This document shows positions 1 through 12,868 of a DNA stretch of 64,000 nucleotides, piece after piece (the first letter of the stretch is position 1; each line of letters begins with the position of its first letter). Source of the DNA: Ophelia neglecta (taxonomy: Eukaryota); NCBI GenBank assembly GCA_965285935.1, contig OZ260662.1, forward strand, positions 100,812,001 through 100,876,000. Direction: 5' to 3'. The notes beneath the pieces were generated by a model. The model ran no database searches, had not been told where the DNA came from, and worked only from the letters and a program-made list of their open reading frames with translations. The position numbers were made by a program, and so were the translations under genes.

Positions 1-2252
1 CCAGACATTTTTTCCAATTTTTTTATTCTAAATAACATTAGAATTATCCTTAAAAATAACACATAATATTAAAAAGCAACATACTCAAACGCCATTAACC
101 AGAAGATCTGTACATTATATCATTAAAATGTCATCGTTTTGGATATTAACACTATTAGAAAACCAAAGGAAAAACACAAAATAAAATAATCCCATTAATA
201 AACAAATAGAATTCAAATACCCAGAGTATATTCCCACAATATAAGGAATGTATAAACCTTTTATGAACAAAGCCCTCCCATACATGCGAGTGTTGAAAAT
301 AAAAGACAACACCAAACCTAAGTTCTGGCTATCTTCTGCCAAACGCCAACTTTAAATACTGAAACCAAGGATAGGCGAAGAAGTGCAAAGATTATCGCCG
401 CAAAGGTTTCTGTTATTTAACAAATGATTGTGATTCGCAAAACCTTATTTATGTTACAACCTCTAATGGTTGTAATAAATATTATAATGGCGAAAACGGG
501 AATAAACCTAGATATAGATACAGGGTACACAACCAGGGTACAGCCAAAAACTAATAAAATTCTGCCTATCTGCTACAACATACATTAACTTATGTACTCT
601 TCAAAATAAGACCCGGTTCGCCTAGAATCACTTTGTGCCAAAGATACTTTTGACAAATTTACAAACACATTCTTGATTCAGGAAATTTGGCCGAGGAACT
701 AATGCAAAGTGCAGCGTGCCCATACTTAATACCAAATAGTCCTTAATTTGAACGAAAACGAACTTCGTTTTATCTTAAACAATTAACATATAAGCTCATT
801 ATTTGCTAGGCGTAATTCAGAGCAGGCACAACTTTCCCGTGATACAACTCGGAATGTTATAAAAAACACAGGTTTTAATTTACTTTGTAATATCTCAGCC
901 AATTATTACTGTCATGATATCACCATGCGTCATTCAGCAAAGTCACCTGACAATTTGGTAGAGCTATTTCCCGCGAACGAAAACATTTTTGTGTGTAGAT
1001 TTTGGGAGAACAACTTTATTCATTTTTTTACATATATGGTCGGATCTACTCTATTCATATGCCCGAAATGTTTATCATGGTTGTTGGTTGTTTATGGCTC
1101 TACGTGACTTTCAACACTTATATCACTACATATTTGTATGTCTTGGGTTTGGCGCGAACGAGAATTAAACACCGATTTTGCATTTGCGAAACGGACACCC
1201 TAACCACTCGTCCACGCTTGGTGGTTTGGAAATTATGATGACGGGCGTTACCCCCCCCCCCTTTCACCCACACCCTCATGTAAATTGATGTATTAAATGT
1301 GCCAAAAATGACCGTGCATATTTAAAATGAACATTCACCATTTGGTGGACTTGGATACGCATTTTACAAACTCTCCTGACTATTTTTAAAACATGATATT
1401 GTAGTTGCAGCCTGTTTCTGTGGGCAGTGAAATGAGATTTGTTTTAACTTAAAAAGATAAAATAAATCTCGTGATCAGGTTTACACAATATCGACGTGTG
1501 AAAAGCAGCAGTCAATAAAAAGAGAGAACAAATCCATTTTACCGAATGCTTGTAAACATCGTGTCATCGTGATATTATCAACCGGCTACAAGCGACCCGT
1601 TATTTTAAGAAGCAATCGTCTAGTTAAATATATGAATGTTACCCTTTGTTCCATGTACATGTATGCAAGAATATGTCTTCACGGATAGTGGAAATGTTGG
1701 TTTGAATAAAGCTGATGAAGCTGATGAGTTAAGTTAATGTGTACATTTAACAGCGTAATACAATGTATAAGTGAGCATGCGTATCTACAATTCAAATGTG
1801 CCAAACAAAATAAAATTAATATTCAAAATATACCCCTGAGAGAAAATGTCTATTTCATCATGGTTAAGGTGTTGCTACTAGGGAATGCGAGTGTTTGACC
1901 ATATTATTAGTCATTCTAGGAAAGTTTTCCATGCCACACACTTTGGGAACTTTTAATATGTATTTATTCACAACTCACTATATTCTGACATACAAGAAGA
2001 ATATAACAAGAAATAATTTCACAATAATGTAACTATATAACCTCGGTCAATCAATTGTTCTATTCTCATTGCTAAGATAAACTCTTACACAATAATAATT
2101 CTAGTAGCCTGAAACATAATTCTTTATAGAATTTCCAACATGGCATTTGCTCCTAAAATGCAATAACTACAGACTTGTCTATTCTCGTAAATATTCACAA
2201 TGTATACAGGTAAGCAATATACACCTACATCCAAGGTTTCTCTTAAATGGCT

Positions 2253-4330
2253 ACAATTCATAATGCACACTGATAACTGTATTTTAATAAACATTCATAT
2301 AATCAAATCAACAATAATACTTAAGCCATCAGGAAATATGTAAGATAATATAAGCAATAAGGAAATCAGATCATATACAAAACTGAGAGAAAGGCCTCTC
2401 TCTAATAATCTTATGCAGTAGAGTTTTTTTTATCATCTGGGGGTGGGGTTATGACCTCGGCTTTAGAATACGGCGCCCCCTAGTATGCAAAAACACAGAG
2501 GAAAAGCCTTGTCATAATATATCTTATGCTTAAGAGTTTTTGGTATCATCGGTAGTAGCGGGGGTTGGGGTGTGGTTCATCTCGTCATCGGCTTTTGGAA
2601 AAGGTGCTCACTGGTATAAAAACAGTGAGAGATAAAACCGGCCCACCTGCTATTTATCTATATTATTATATAGACTGTTGTAATCATCTGGCAATACATT
2701 CCATTTTTATTCATTTCTGACTGCATATACTGTCATGGAAACAGTGCATTATAACAAACTAATTAATTGAACATGTTACCTTATAACAAACTATTAATTA
2801 AACATGTTACCTTAAAACAAACTTGTTAATTGAACATGTTACCTGAAAACAAACTGGTTTAAACATAATTATGTACATAATTTGGATTTTGCAGAAGCCA
2901 AGAAGCTTAAAATGGTAATTTCCAAATAAAGCATTCCACAATATTTACGAATATGCGTGATATAAAGACATGATTTCACTAAATATTGCAACAATTCATA
3001 ATGCACACTGATAACTGTATTTTAATAAACACTTGTTATAAAGACGATTTCACATAACATTGCAACAATTCATAATGCACACTGATAACTGTATTTTAAT
3101 AAACAGTTCACAACACATTCAAATTATCAAATCAACACTAATACATAATCAATTATGAAATATATAGTTTCATTTAAACAATAGAAGAATCAGATCATAT
3201 ACAAAACAGAGAAAGTCGCCCTCTTATAAACTTATGCAGAAGAGTTTTTTTTATCATCTGGGGGTAGGGTTATTGCCTCGGCTTTAGGATACGGCGCCCA
3301 CTTGTATGTAAAACACAGTGCCCTGTCATAAGCTATCATAAGCTACCTTATGCTAAAGAGTTGTTGGTATCAACCAGAGGTGCGGGGGGGGGGGGTGGCA
3401 TCGCTTCCTTGGCTTTTGGAAAAGGTGCTCACTGGTATAAAAAACAGTAACAGATAACACCGGCGCATCTATATTATTCTATAGAGTGTTGTTATCATTT
3501 GGCAATGGCGTTTTGACCCTTCGCTTCCTCGGAGGATAAGGTGCTCACTAGTATACATAACAGAGGACCAAAAACCAGCCCACTTTCTAATAATCTATAT
3601 TGTGGTAAAGAATTTTGTTATCATCTCACATACTCGGCTTCGGGATAATGCACTTACTAGTATACAGGAACAGGGGAAACAAACCAACCCACCCTCTATT
3701 AATATTGATTATGCTATACAATGTTGTTTTCATCATGGGTAGGCGTTTTGACTCGTCGCTTTCTCGGCTGTAGGACAAGGCGCTAACTTGTATACAAAAC
3801 TCAGGGAATAACCCGCCACCGATCTAACAATCTATATTATGCTATTGTTTTTTGTTCGTCTAGGGATTGCGTTTTGACCATTCACAGCATATAACTGTCT
3901 CAATGGAAACTTTTTTTGGCAGATTACTATGTAAACTATCATTTAAACAGTACCTTCTAGAGATGACAACTATTGTTTATATACAACCAGGATTGTAATT
4001 CATTCCCTTTTATTAATTTCTGACTGCATATACTGTCATGGAAATAGTGCATTGTAACAAACTAATTAATTGGACATGTTACCTTATAACAAACTTATTA
4101 ATTGATTATGTTACCTAATTACAAGCTTATTAAATAAACGATTATCCTTATAATATATAGATTAAACAATCACATGATATTCCAACAAACAAATTGAGTA
4201 AACATGAAACTTTTAATCATAAAACAAACTTATTAACCAGCCATTTAATCATACAGCTACCTAATTAACCTATCATGTAAATGTACACCAAACTTATCAA
4301 CGAATCAGGTAACCTTAATAAGAAACTACC
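2253..4330. repeat. Degenerate tandem-repeat complex: ~110-135 bp satellite units, ~31 bp minisatellite and a higher-order block duplication
   Basis: Units of the form atcatc...ggcttt...aaggtgctcactrgtata start near 2432, 2545, 2683, 3253, 3369, 3494, 3620, 3731 and 3857. acaattcataatgcacactgataactgtattttaataaaca occurs at ~2253, ~2991 and ~3064. tttctgactgcatatactgtcatggaaa occurs at ~2714 and ~4017. aacatgttaccttataacaaact units lie at ~2750-2860 and ~4050-4330. Confidence 0.8.
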
Positions 4331-4356
4331 GGATCAGGGAACCCTATAAGATATTT

Positions 4357-7300
4357 TTAACAGATCATGTTTTGCCTGTGGCAATGATTATATAAATACA
4401 AAATTGGATTCACTGCCCAAAACACTGACAATACGTAACTATTGATAACAAACGCGTAATCAATGGGAATGGGCAGTTGAAACAAAGAGGTTAATGCAAC
4501 CAGTGGCATTGAAACCGAAAGTATGATGTCAATAGTTATCTGTTTAAGGAGCTTTCCTTCATTCTGACGCTTTCTCTGTGTTGTTTGTCCACCAGCCGCT
4601 ATGACACTGCGCGCTGACTCCCTAGATAATTTATATATATGCCATTGAAGAAGACAGCATATCAAGAGTGAAATTAAGTATATCACCAGATAAAATGAAA
4701 GAAATAGTATGCCTTGTTTCCTTGCAGTTTTTGGTGGAAAGAACAACGAGCATAGCTCTGACAAATCTGGGCCTGACCCAGCAGTATACAAACTGATATG
4801 AATGCTTACGAGCAGTGCCACTGGAACTAACCAAACGACGAAAACAACATTCCATATGGACTGATCCCCTAGTTTAATGGTCACACTGAAATGCCTCATT
4901 CGCTCATACATGGAATAGATATGAACTGCTTTTAAGGCAAATAATATGCTCATAACCAAATACTGAATGCAACTTGCTATTATGCACGATATATGTCGAA
5001 GGCTAAATTGAGAATAAATTGCATTGTGGTCAAACAGGATTTCTCGTGAAGCCATGATTTGAATGTATAATCCTAATGCAATCCCAGATAGATTAATAGA
5101 TGTTAGCGCAGACTGGCTACTATATAGATATTCTTTGTCGATCCGCAGTTTCGATACAATAGCATTTGGTACGATTAGGGCAAATGAAAGTAGTATGGAA
5201 ATATAGCGCTGGAAATCAGCGACATGTCCCAAACATAAACAACTTATAACTTGAAATTCAACGCATTCACTGTTTTCGAAAAGACAACAAAAGTACCCAA
5301 TGTCAGTTTCAATGGCGTAATTAGGAATCAAGTTAAAATGAATCGCCTTCTCTAACGGGTTATCTGTAAGAATAGCTTTTTCTAGCAGAGGAAAGCTCTT
5401 AAAGAGTGAAAAGTCTAATGTGGTCAATTCATTGAACGAAAAGTCAATGACAGAAACAGAAGATATGTTATAGAATGAATCTGGACTTATGTATTGTAAC
5501 TTCATACCTCGGAAATTAAGATGTTGCAGTTTCCCTAGATGAGTGAAGGCCAAAGGCTCTATTTCCTTTATTGCATTTCCAACAAATAATACCTTTCTTA
5601 GATTATTGAGACTTTCAAATGACCCTGATTTAATTAGCATAATATCATTATATGACAAATCAATGGCGGCCACATTTGGAACAGAATGAAACGCATCTGC
5701 CAATATGACTTTAAAAGAATTATGAGATAAATCTAAATATACTATACTGGCCGCGCCAAGTAACTTCGGGAAAACCAAGCCATTTCCATATACACTAACT
5801 GATTTTATATAATCAGCTTTAAACGTCTGGATAGCAGCATTATGGCATGTCATAGACGCCCATCTGCAAACACATTTTGTGTGGCACCTGGGTATCCTAC
5901 AGAACAACTCATCATCGCCATATAACACGCACTCAGTTATGCCGTCGCACACGCTACTTTGTGGAAGACAACCTCCACCTTTACACCGAAAAAAACCAGG
6001 GCAGTGAAGGTGTCCATTAGGGGGACAATCCAATTCGTCTTCACCACCATAACAGTGATATTCGCCATCGCAAACAAGGGACAAGGGTAGGCAGTAAGAG
6101 TCGGGACATTTAAACTTATCAGGGCATTGAAATTTACTGCACAGTTTCAAGTGATCACCGTTTCTACAATATTTGATTTTTCCGTGTACGCTTAGCTCGT
6201 AAACACACAGTTTATTTAAGGGAAAGCACCGAGAAGGAGGGTTAGAACATGGAATATGGGTGGCCGTTTGGCAGCTCATTATGCCCAAGGAATTATAGAA
6301 TTCCCATTGAAATGTCTCATCTTCAATGTAGTTCCTCGCTTGACAGTCCGGGTATTGATCATTCACCCAGTCCAATGGTATCCACGAGCTCGTAGCTGTA
6401 CACAAGAACAAGCCATCGGCTTCTGCTGCTTTGCGTTTGATGATCGAGGCAGGAATGGGATATCTTTGGATTGGTTCCAATATATCGATGCCAATCCGCG
6501 GTAATGATCCTGATAAACCGTGTCCGACACATATAGTCTCGTCCCCCTGATCAAGACAATCTAGTCTCGAGTCGCACACGCTGTGCCAAGGGATACAGCC
6601 GCCAACCTCACACTGGAAATAGTGCATGGCACATGTGCAAAATGGCTTCTTACACACTGTTGTGTTGGCACTGTCAATAGAATAAGAACTATTGCTGAGA
6701 CGGTGTATATCATATTCTTCGTCTGATCCGTCCACACAATCAGTTTGCCCATCTTTTACCGCCCATTCGGATATACATTCGCGACTTTTACAGGTGAATT
6801 GGTTTTTAGAACATTCTGTCTTTTCTATTACAATTGGCTCTTCAATGATAAGCGTTATATTGATACCATCTGAACATCTCATTGGACTTGATACTTTGGT
6901 TGTCAGTGATGTTTGATTGACAACAACGGTCCAGTCACAAAACCCGAGATACCGCAATTGCTTTATCGAACCAAATATATCATTAATATATTTCTCTTTC
7001 GTAAACTGTACATCTGATTTAAAATGTTCGGCCAAGTAGTTGCTTGTGGTTGGCCACATACATTTGTTACTATGTGCTATATCGTTGGACAGGCACCGTA
7101 AAGGTGGATCAGTCAACTTATTGTTCCTTACTTTGACAGAAATCATATCACTTGCAGCTTTCGCTTTCCCTGTGTATTGTATCAAATTAAAGCATATTTG
7201 CACAAGTACCAATTTTAGGTGACAAAACCATGTCAGCAATTTTCCAATACTTTTCGTTAGCCTCAGAACCATTTTAGCAGACACATGTGTTGGAGTATCC

Positions 7301-7695
7301 AGAAATTCGGTTAGGCAATTGTATGATCCTTTATTGGTGCGTCCAAGTGTTTGCAACCCGTCATCACAGCTTGGGTCCAGTAATGGGAATGGCATTAACG
7401 AAGCGTCAACGTAAATCACTAGGTGGCTACCGTATCCCGTGTCCCTGGAATTCTCAGCTTTATTATTAGGCCTTGTTTGACATATAAGGTTGTGCATGGT
7501 AAACTGTTGCCTACACGATATCCTATACCAAAGCATATTGTTTCTGCTATAAGCAGTCCATCTATGATTTAGTTTACCCATAACACAATCATCGTCCTCG
7601 TTGTTGGCGTCAGTATTTAGAAAACGTGATTGATCGTAAATTTCTGCAGGCCCTAAATTGTTAACAATTGCCTTACGCCCATTGTTCCAACGCTC
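4357..7695 (-). CDS. GPCR exon 2 (1112 aa): end of C-type lectin, LDLa repeats, LRRs, 7TM
   Basis: LDLa examples CSKNQFTCKSRECI...DCVDGSDE and CPDKFKCPDSYCL...CDG..HC..GEDE. LRRs LDLSHNSF, IDLSYNDI, IDFSFNEL. Seven hydrophobic segments; TM7 VNPILY; stop at 4357-4359. Confidence 0.92.
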   Translation of the reverse strand, partial: ERWNNGRKAIVNNLGPAEIYDQSRFLNTDANNEDDDCVMGKLNHRWTAYSRNNMLWYRISCRQQFTMHNLICQTRPNNKAENSRDTGYGSHLVIYVDASLMPFPLLDPSCDDGLQTLGRTNKGSYNCLTEFLDTPTHVSAKMVLRLTKSIGKLLTWFCHLKLVLVQICFNLIQYTGKAKAASDMISVKVRNNKLTDPPLRCLSNDIAHSNKCMWPTTSNYLAEHFKSDVQFTKEKYINDIFGSIKQLRYLGFCDWTVVVNQTSLTTKVSSPMRCSDGINITLIIEEPIVIEKTECSKNQFTCKSRECISEWAVKDGQTDCVDGSDEEYDIHRLSNSSYSIDSANTTVCKKPFCTCAMHYFQCEVGGCIPWHSVCDSRLDCLDQGDETICVGHGLSGSLPRIGIDILEPIQRYPIPASIIKRKAAEADGLFLCTATSSWIPLDWVNDQYPDCQARNYIEDETFQWEFYNSLGIMSCQTATHIPCSNPPSRCFPLNKLCVYELSVHGKIKYCRNGDHLKLCSKFQCPDKFKCPDSYCLPLSLVCDGEYHCYGGEDELDCPPNGHLHCPGFFRCKGGGCLPQSSVCDGITECVLYGDDELFCRIPRCHTKCVCRWASMTCHNAAIQTFKADYIKSVSVYGNGLVFPKLLGAASIVYLDLSHNSFKVILADAFHSVPNVAAIDLSYNDIMLIKSGSFESLNNLRKVLFVGNAIKEIEPLAFTHLGKLQHLNFRGMKLQYISPDSFYNISSVSVIDFSFNELTTLDFSLFKSFPLLEKAILTDNPLEKAIHFNLIPNYAIETDIGYFCCLFENSECVEFQVISCLCLGHVADFQRYISILLSFALIVPNAIVSKLRIDKEYLYSSQSALTSINLSGIALGLYIQIMASREILFDHNAIYSQFSLRHISCIIASCIQYLVMSILFALKAVHIYSMYERMRHFSVTIKLGDQSIWNVVFVVWLVPVALLVSIHISLYTAGSGPDLSELCSLFFPPKTARKQGILFLSFYLVIYLISLLICCLLQWHIYKLSRESARSVIAAGGQTTQRKRQNEGKLLKQITIDIILSVSMPLVALTSLFQLPIPIDYAFVINSYVLSVFWAVNPILYLYNHCHRQNMIC

Positions 7696-10600
7696 CTGAA
7701 AAAGTAAGAGAATTCTATAAAACAGAATACTATATCTAATGCCGTTTTAATTGCTGCAATGGTTAATAAACCTATATGTGGATATACTGTAATCAGTAGC
7801 TATTCGCGAAATGACATAAGATTCCTAAATCAATGAAGACAATCAATTGGATTCTAGTTTGACAGTATTTCAAACACATTATGTCTCCGGGTTTTCTATT
7901 GAAAATGCGGTTTCTGCTGTGTAAGGGTAGAAGGCTTAATTATTAAAGCTAAGCCAGCCTTTGCGGTTTTAAATTCTATGGTAATAATAGCCGTATGTGC
8001 GTCGATTTAACTATATGATACCGTAATAAACCGTAGTGCTCACGGTAGTATGAACTCTACATGTGGCATGTCATAGAAAATAAAACACAGAGTCCGCAGC
8101 CTGTAAACTTGTAAATACTCAAAAGTTCATTTAGCCATATTTAGACTAATGAATGTAAACGTTCAGTCAGAGAAGCCACTCATAGCATCATCATTGCCTT
8201 CTCTGAATGATTTTACATCTTTTATCGGGGCTGTATATATCTGGCTCTTTAACTATTTCATGTGTACTATTGATTAGCCCCTGCTGTGAGGTCAAATGGC
8301 TTAGTGACGATATGTACTGAAGAGGACTCGTTTTTTTTGTCATTTGGATTCCCCTTTTCTTTGTCGATCTGACATATTTGAGTAGAACTAGATCCCATAC
8401 TCGATGTGAAATCATTAAATCAATGGTGTAACCCTGACTAAAACCTAATAAAATATAGAATTTCTTTGTAAGCCCATAGAAAACCTATAGAAAACCGCAT
8501 GATGCTTATTTCATCGAGTGTTCAATTTGACGTTGCTGTGCTTCGTCAAGATAAAACCAATAAAATTATTTCTGGCTATTTCGGCAGCTAGAACCTAGAA
8601 CTTAATCGAGTGTTGGACCGAAAACACATCTTATCAAATATTATGTTGGAGAGTTGATTAAACCATTTGCTTAAGTAAGACTAACCAGCTGTTGGCAAAG
8701 CAGGCAAATATAGCTTGAATCAAATATGTTAGCCTTTGAGGCCAATTTGGTTGCACTTACTCATCTGTAGCTAGTTGTTACCTACCCCAAGAGGATTCTT
8801 GCATGGCTCTCTAGATGAGGTATAATTGTTGTTATAACTAAACCTTCAAGGCTAACAAGCTAAGGCTCGTAGCATAATTTTATCTTCTTTTCTACTTGTG
8901 CATTTCGTAGCGGATGACTTTGAGAATAAATGTAGTTGGATTCTGGATTCGCAAAAATACTTGCTTGGTTCCATTGTACATACTTGCACAAGTTTTCCAC
9001 ACCAATCTTTTCTTGAATGTGTGGGACCACCTTTTTACTATACCGATATTACAGACATGGTTAAACTTATTGAAAGTTGGTTAGTTCCAATTAAAATCAC
9101 AAGCCAAAGAAATTATTTTCAATCCTAAACAAAAAAATCCTGACATGAAAGAAATGTAAAGTTTTAGTATGTGGTAAAATTAAAGCCTTAGATTGATGTG
9201 TGCCACAAACAAGGCATTTAGAAATGCAAACTTGAGATTTATTGAAAAGGGAATAGAGTACATGTGTCTGACAGGCCACTAACATAGTAAAACATTAAAG
9301 TTAAACTTTTCTTCTTCTCTTAGCCACTTGAAATGTCTAGAAATGCAAAGAAAGTAACCTTATCTTAGCCCCCCACCCCCCAAGACCACCACTTTTTATG
9401 TTGCAGCCAATTGCGCAAGAATTGGCAATACCCTTGAGAGAGACAAGGAGAGAAAGAGGCAATGCGGATTATATGTTTCATATAAAGTTTCAAAATAAAT
9501 GATTCAAACTAGTTATTCTACCAGGTCCATGCAAGGATAATGAGAAATAAAACAAGATGTACGAAAATAATAACTCACAGACGACGCGTTAAGTCCTAGA
9601 AATATTCCCGTGTCAATAGTCAATCGCGATGGATTAGGAAAAGGCAACCTGTTGGTATCAAATCTGCTGCCAAGTATGAGGTTTTCCAAGATGGAAATCT
9701 CTGTAGGCGTTGACGCTGTCGGCAGATGACCTCCTACAGATTGACATCGTTCTTCTGCCTCCTCCCAAGATAATTTTACTGTCTCCCATATAACATAATG
9801 GGTCACTGTGTTTTCGTCACAACATGGCTCGTCAACAATTCGATAATAATGGTCGACTATATCACGCAGAGGAACAAGAGGATTGATTGTCATCGTGACG
9901 TTACAATTTTTCTCAAGGGTGCAAAGCCCCGTTTTGTGTTCATTGAATGGACTCACGGCCAAAAACCTTACAGAAAATATATAATAAAATCTGAACATGC
10001 TGTTGAACGCGCTCATTTTGTGTAATGATATACCTTCTTCCCTTATGTGTGCAATTCGTATAATACTCCTCTTCACTTCATCGTACTCAAATATTACGTG
10101 TTGCGCAGCAAAACGAAGGCACGTTTTATTGCAAGTGCCATATTCTTTGAATTCTACCTCCGTCACATTTCTGTACATTGTAGCATAACCTTTTAAATTA
10201 TTCCCTTGGAGTCCACCTGCGAGTTTATCTCTAAACTGATAATGAGATACTATAAAAGCAACGCCAAAGTCACTTAAATTGATAGGAATTTCTAGGTTCG
10301 TATATTGGAAAACTGCATTAATCATTAAATTCTTTATTAGATTTATGTCACTCATTAGTGTAACCAATGGTTTACCCGTGGAAAGAGGAAAACGAAACTC
10401 CTTTGTTCTATTTCTTTTTGCTAGCAGTGTGTATGTCTGGCAACCCGCATGAACAGAGTAATTGGTGTTGTGACTTATTTGGTCCAGGGCCCTCCTCTGT
10501 TGAGGCTTACATTCCGCTGTCATTTGTGTTCTTTGTTCTATGTAGACATCGACGACCTCTGATAGGTACTCCAAGGGACTGATACCAAGGCTACAGTCCT

Positions 10601-12305
10601 GTGTCGTCTGCCACTCTGTAAAGGTCGGAATGTACTGTAGCACCTGGCAACTTATATCATGGACGTTTCTCGCCAAATTGGTCAAGGATCCATCCAACAT
10701 TGTCATACAATTGGAACCAAGCGAATATTTAAGATACCACCTGTCATTTTCACTTTTATTACAATACCAGTTGTCAACCGGGTTTGGGGTGAGCGGGATT
10801 TGATCTCTGATATAAGCGATCTCTAGTAATACCGGAGATTTATAACCTTTAATAGGCTTGCAGTAGGCGAACTTTCCTTGGCATTGGCTGTCCTGTGCTT
10901 TGATGGTGATGTTCAGAAAGCTTCCAGGAAGTGGGAAAAAATAAAAGAATACAACAATGGCGTGGGTGTTGCTGCGATATCGTGTCATCATAGGTTGTTT
11001 TGTGTCACCTTCCCAAGTCCAAACCGACTTACAGAAGACAGTCACGGGAGAATAAGCTTGGAATAGCTTATTAGGCATGTTGTTCATCACGTCCAGCAGG
11101 CCTTGGCGCTTTAATTCAAAAATGGCAACTCCACGATAGCGACAATCATCCGTATTCGGTCCCGCTACCCCGAATTGAATAATCTCCAAGTCCAGGAAAC
11201 TGTTTTGGTCAGCGAGAAATAATTTGGAGCCGATGCAACAAGCACCAGGGCAGTTGAGAATACTGCTGTACTGCAAACCACTAGCGCCTATATCTAAACA
11301 AGACGGTTTAATTAACGTATTAAAGTGTACCATTGCCAACTGAAATGTTGCCATTAGATCAATTGTAAACCGTGAGTCATGACAGTTGGCCGCAGAATAA
11401 TATCTGACGTCCATTGATATTATAAACGCTGTTGATTTTCTGAACAGCACTTTCCTATGCGACCTTGTTGTAATCTCCAGGCTCTCTGTAACAAACAATG
11501 GTCCATCCAATACATGTGCCTGAAAACAAGCGAGGCTTCCACTAAGGCCTAAAAATATTTGTTTACTGTAGTCCGTTAAAATGGTAATCATGAACTCGGT
11601 CCCATAAACGTAGTCGTTGGGGAAAATATTAAAGAACTGCATTGCCATAATATTATCTATACGTTGATAGTTGTTTTTGAAGTGGGGCGTTCCGTAAAAT
11701 ATGTCTGTAACGACAGGGAACGGACCAACAACGATTTGATAAACAAGAGTAAAGCCATCATCGATACTGGTGTTATTACCCAAAGTTATTTCAACAGGTG
11801 AATTGAAGTTGCTGTACCGTACAGTAAGTATATTTGCCTCGATGAAAATGCTGTGAGACACGAGATGTCCGCAATACACGCGTTTAATTTCCTCGCCAGA
11901 TTGCCACCTTCCGTTTAGTGTGAGTCTCTCAAGTTGACATCTATGGACAGAATCCTCAAGTAAGAAATGTACGAATGTCAGATTTATGTTAAACGTAGAA
12001 TGGACTCTAATCTTCCAGGTTCTGGAAAAACCTGGTTGTAATTTATCGGAACGCAATACGCCACAAGGTGAGAAACGGTTTACCTTGACAGGGCCCGTCC
12101 CACCTGCCTTTAGGAAACAATGAGATACCGTGGCCCAAAGCCTGGACGTCACAGCAGCACGCGTTTCTCGAACATTTTCCAGTGCTTTCGAAGAACAATA
12201 TGCCAGGCTGGTTATAAAGCCTTCTGCCGCATTACTTAAGGTACTACATGGAAGGGTAATCATAAATATAATTAAAAACATACAAGATAAGCTTATCCTC
12301 GCCAT
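4357..12305 (-). CDS. GRL101-like LDLa/LRR class A GPCR with CUB-like and C-type lectin ectodomain; two exons, complement(join(4357..7695,9579..12305)), ~2021 aa
   Basis: The 930-aa ORF begins with a signal peptide and ends in a half C-type lectin (SWEEAEERCQSVGGHLPT...IFLGL). A GTGAGT donor at 9578 joins in phase 0 to a tttttcAG acceptor at 7696. The added 38 codons (ERWNNG...DDDCV) run in frame into the 1074-aa ORF and complete the lectin (W..ISC...ICQ). About 6 LDLa modules, LRRs and 7TM with NPILY follow. Confidence 0.9.
9579..12305 (-). CDS. GPCR exon 1 (909 aa): signal peptide, CUB-like domain(s), first half of C-type lectin
   Basis: MARISLSCMFLIIFMITLPCS signal peptide. CUB-like PCGVL...WKIRV..FNINLTF..F.LE....C...YCG...GF.L.Y. 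Donor GTGAGT at 9578-9573. Confidence 0.85.
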
Positions 12306-12356
12306 GCTTGGTGCTGGAAATGGACAGAAACACTAGCCCCAAACACAAGGTGCGTT

Positions 12357-12366
12357 CTTTTATATA
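12357..12366 (-). promoter_or_regulatory. Putative TATA box of the GPCR gene (duplicated at 18396-18405)
   Basis: TATATAAAAG on the minus strand ~52-61 nt upstream of the ATG (GCATGG context). Confidence 0.5.
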
Positions 12367-12868
12367 GTAATTGTGTGTCCAGATACGCAATGATCTATAA
12401 AATAAAACTATAAACTCTGTGTAGACGAAGTGATATATATCCAATATAAACGCAATAAAACCGACTTTTTGCAATAATAAACATTTTGAAATTGATAAAC
12501 GAACAAAAATTAATTAATTAGATTAATATGTGAGAAATAATCCAATTTTAAGAAATGCTAATATATCTATTTTATTTTGCATATTTGTTATCTTATAAAA
12601 TGTTTTTATATCGTGCGACATTGTGGAAACAAGCTTTGAGACCAATATCTTTTAACTTCTCTTATTCTTACAAGTAGGACATTCCCAGATATAAATAATT
12701 TGATATTAAACAGATTTATATTTTTACCTTAATAACATCAGGCATGTGTCATAAATAAGCGAGAAAATTGCTACAGGCAAAATGGCAGTAAAGGTATCAA
12801 TTGTAGGTGTTGTATTTAGAATTTCATTTACCAGTTAAAGCATCATGAACCTGGAATTGTTTGTTGTT

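Noticed and set aside
2400-3880. CRISPR-like array
   Set aside because: The units are degenerate along their whole length, there is no constant repeat with unique spacers, no cas genes, and the context is eukaryotic.
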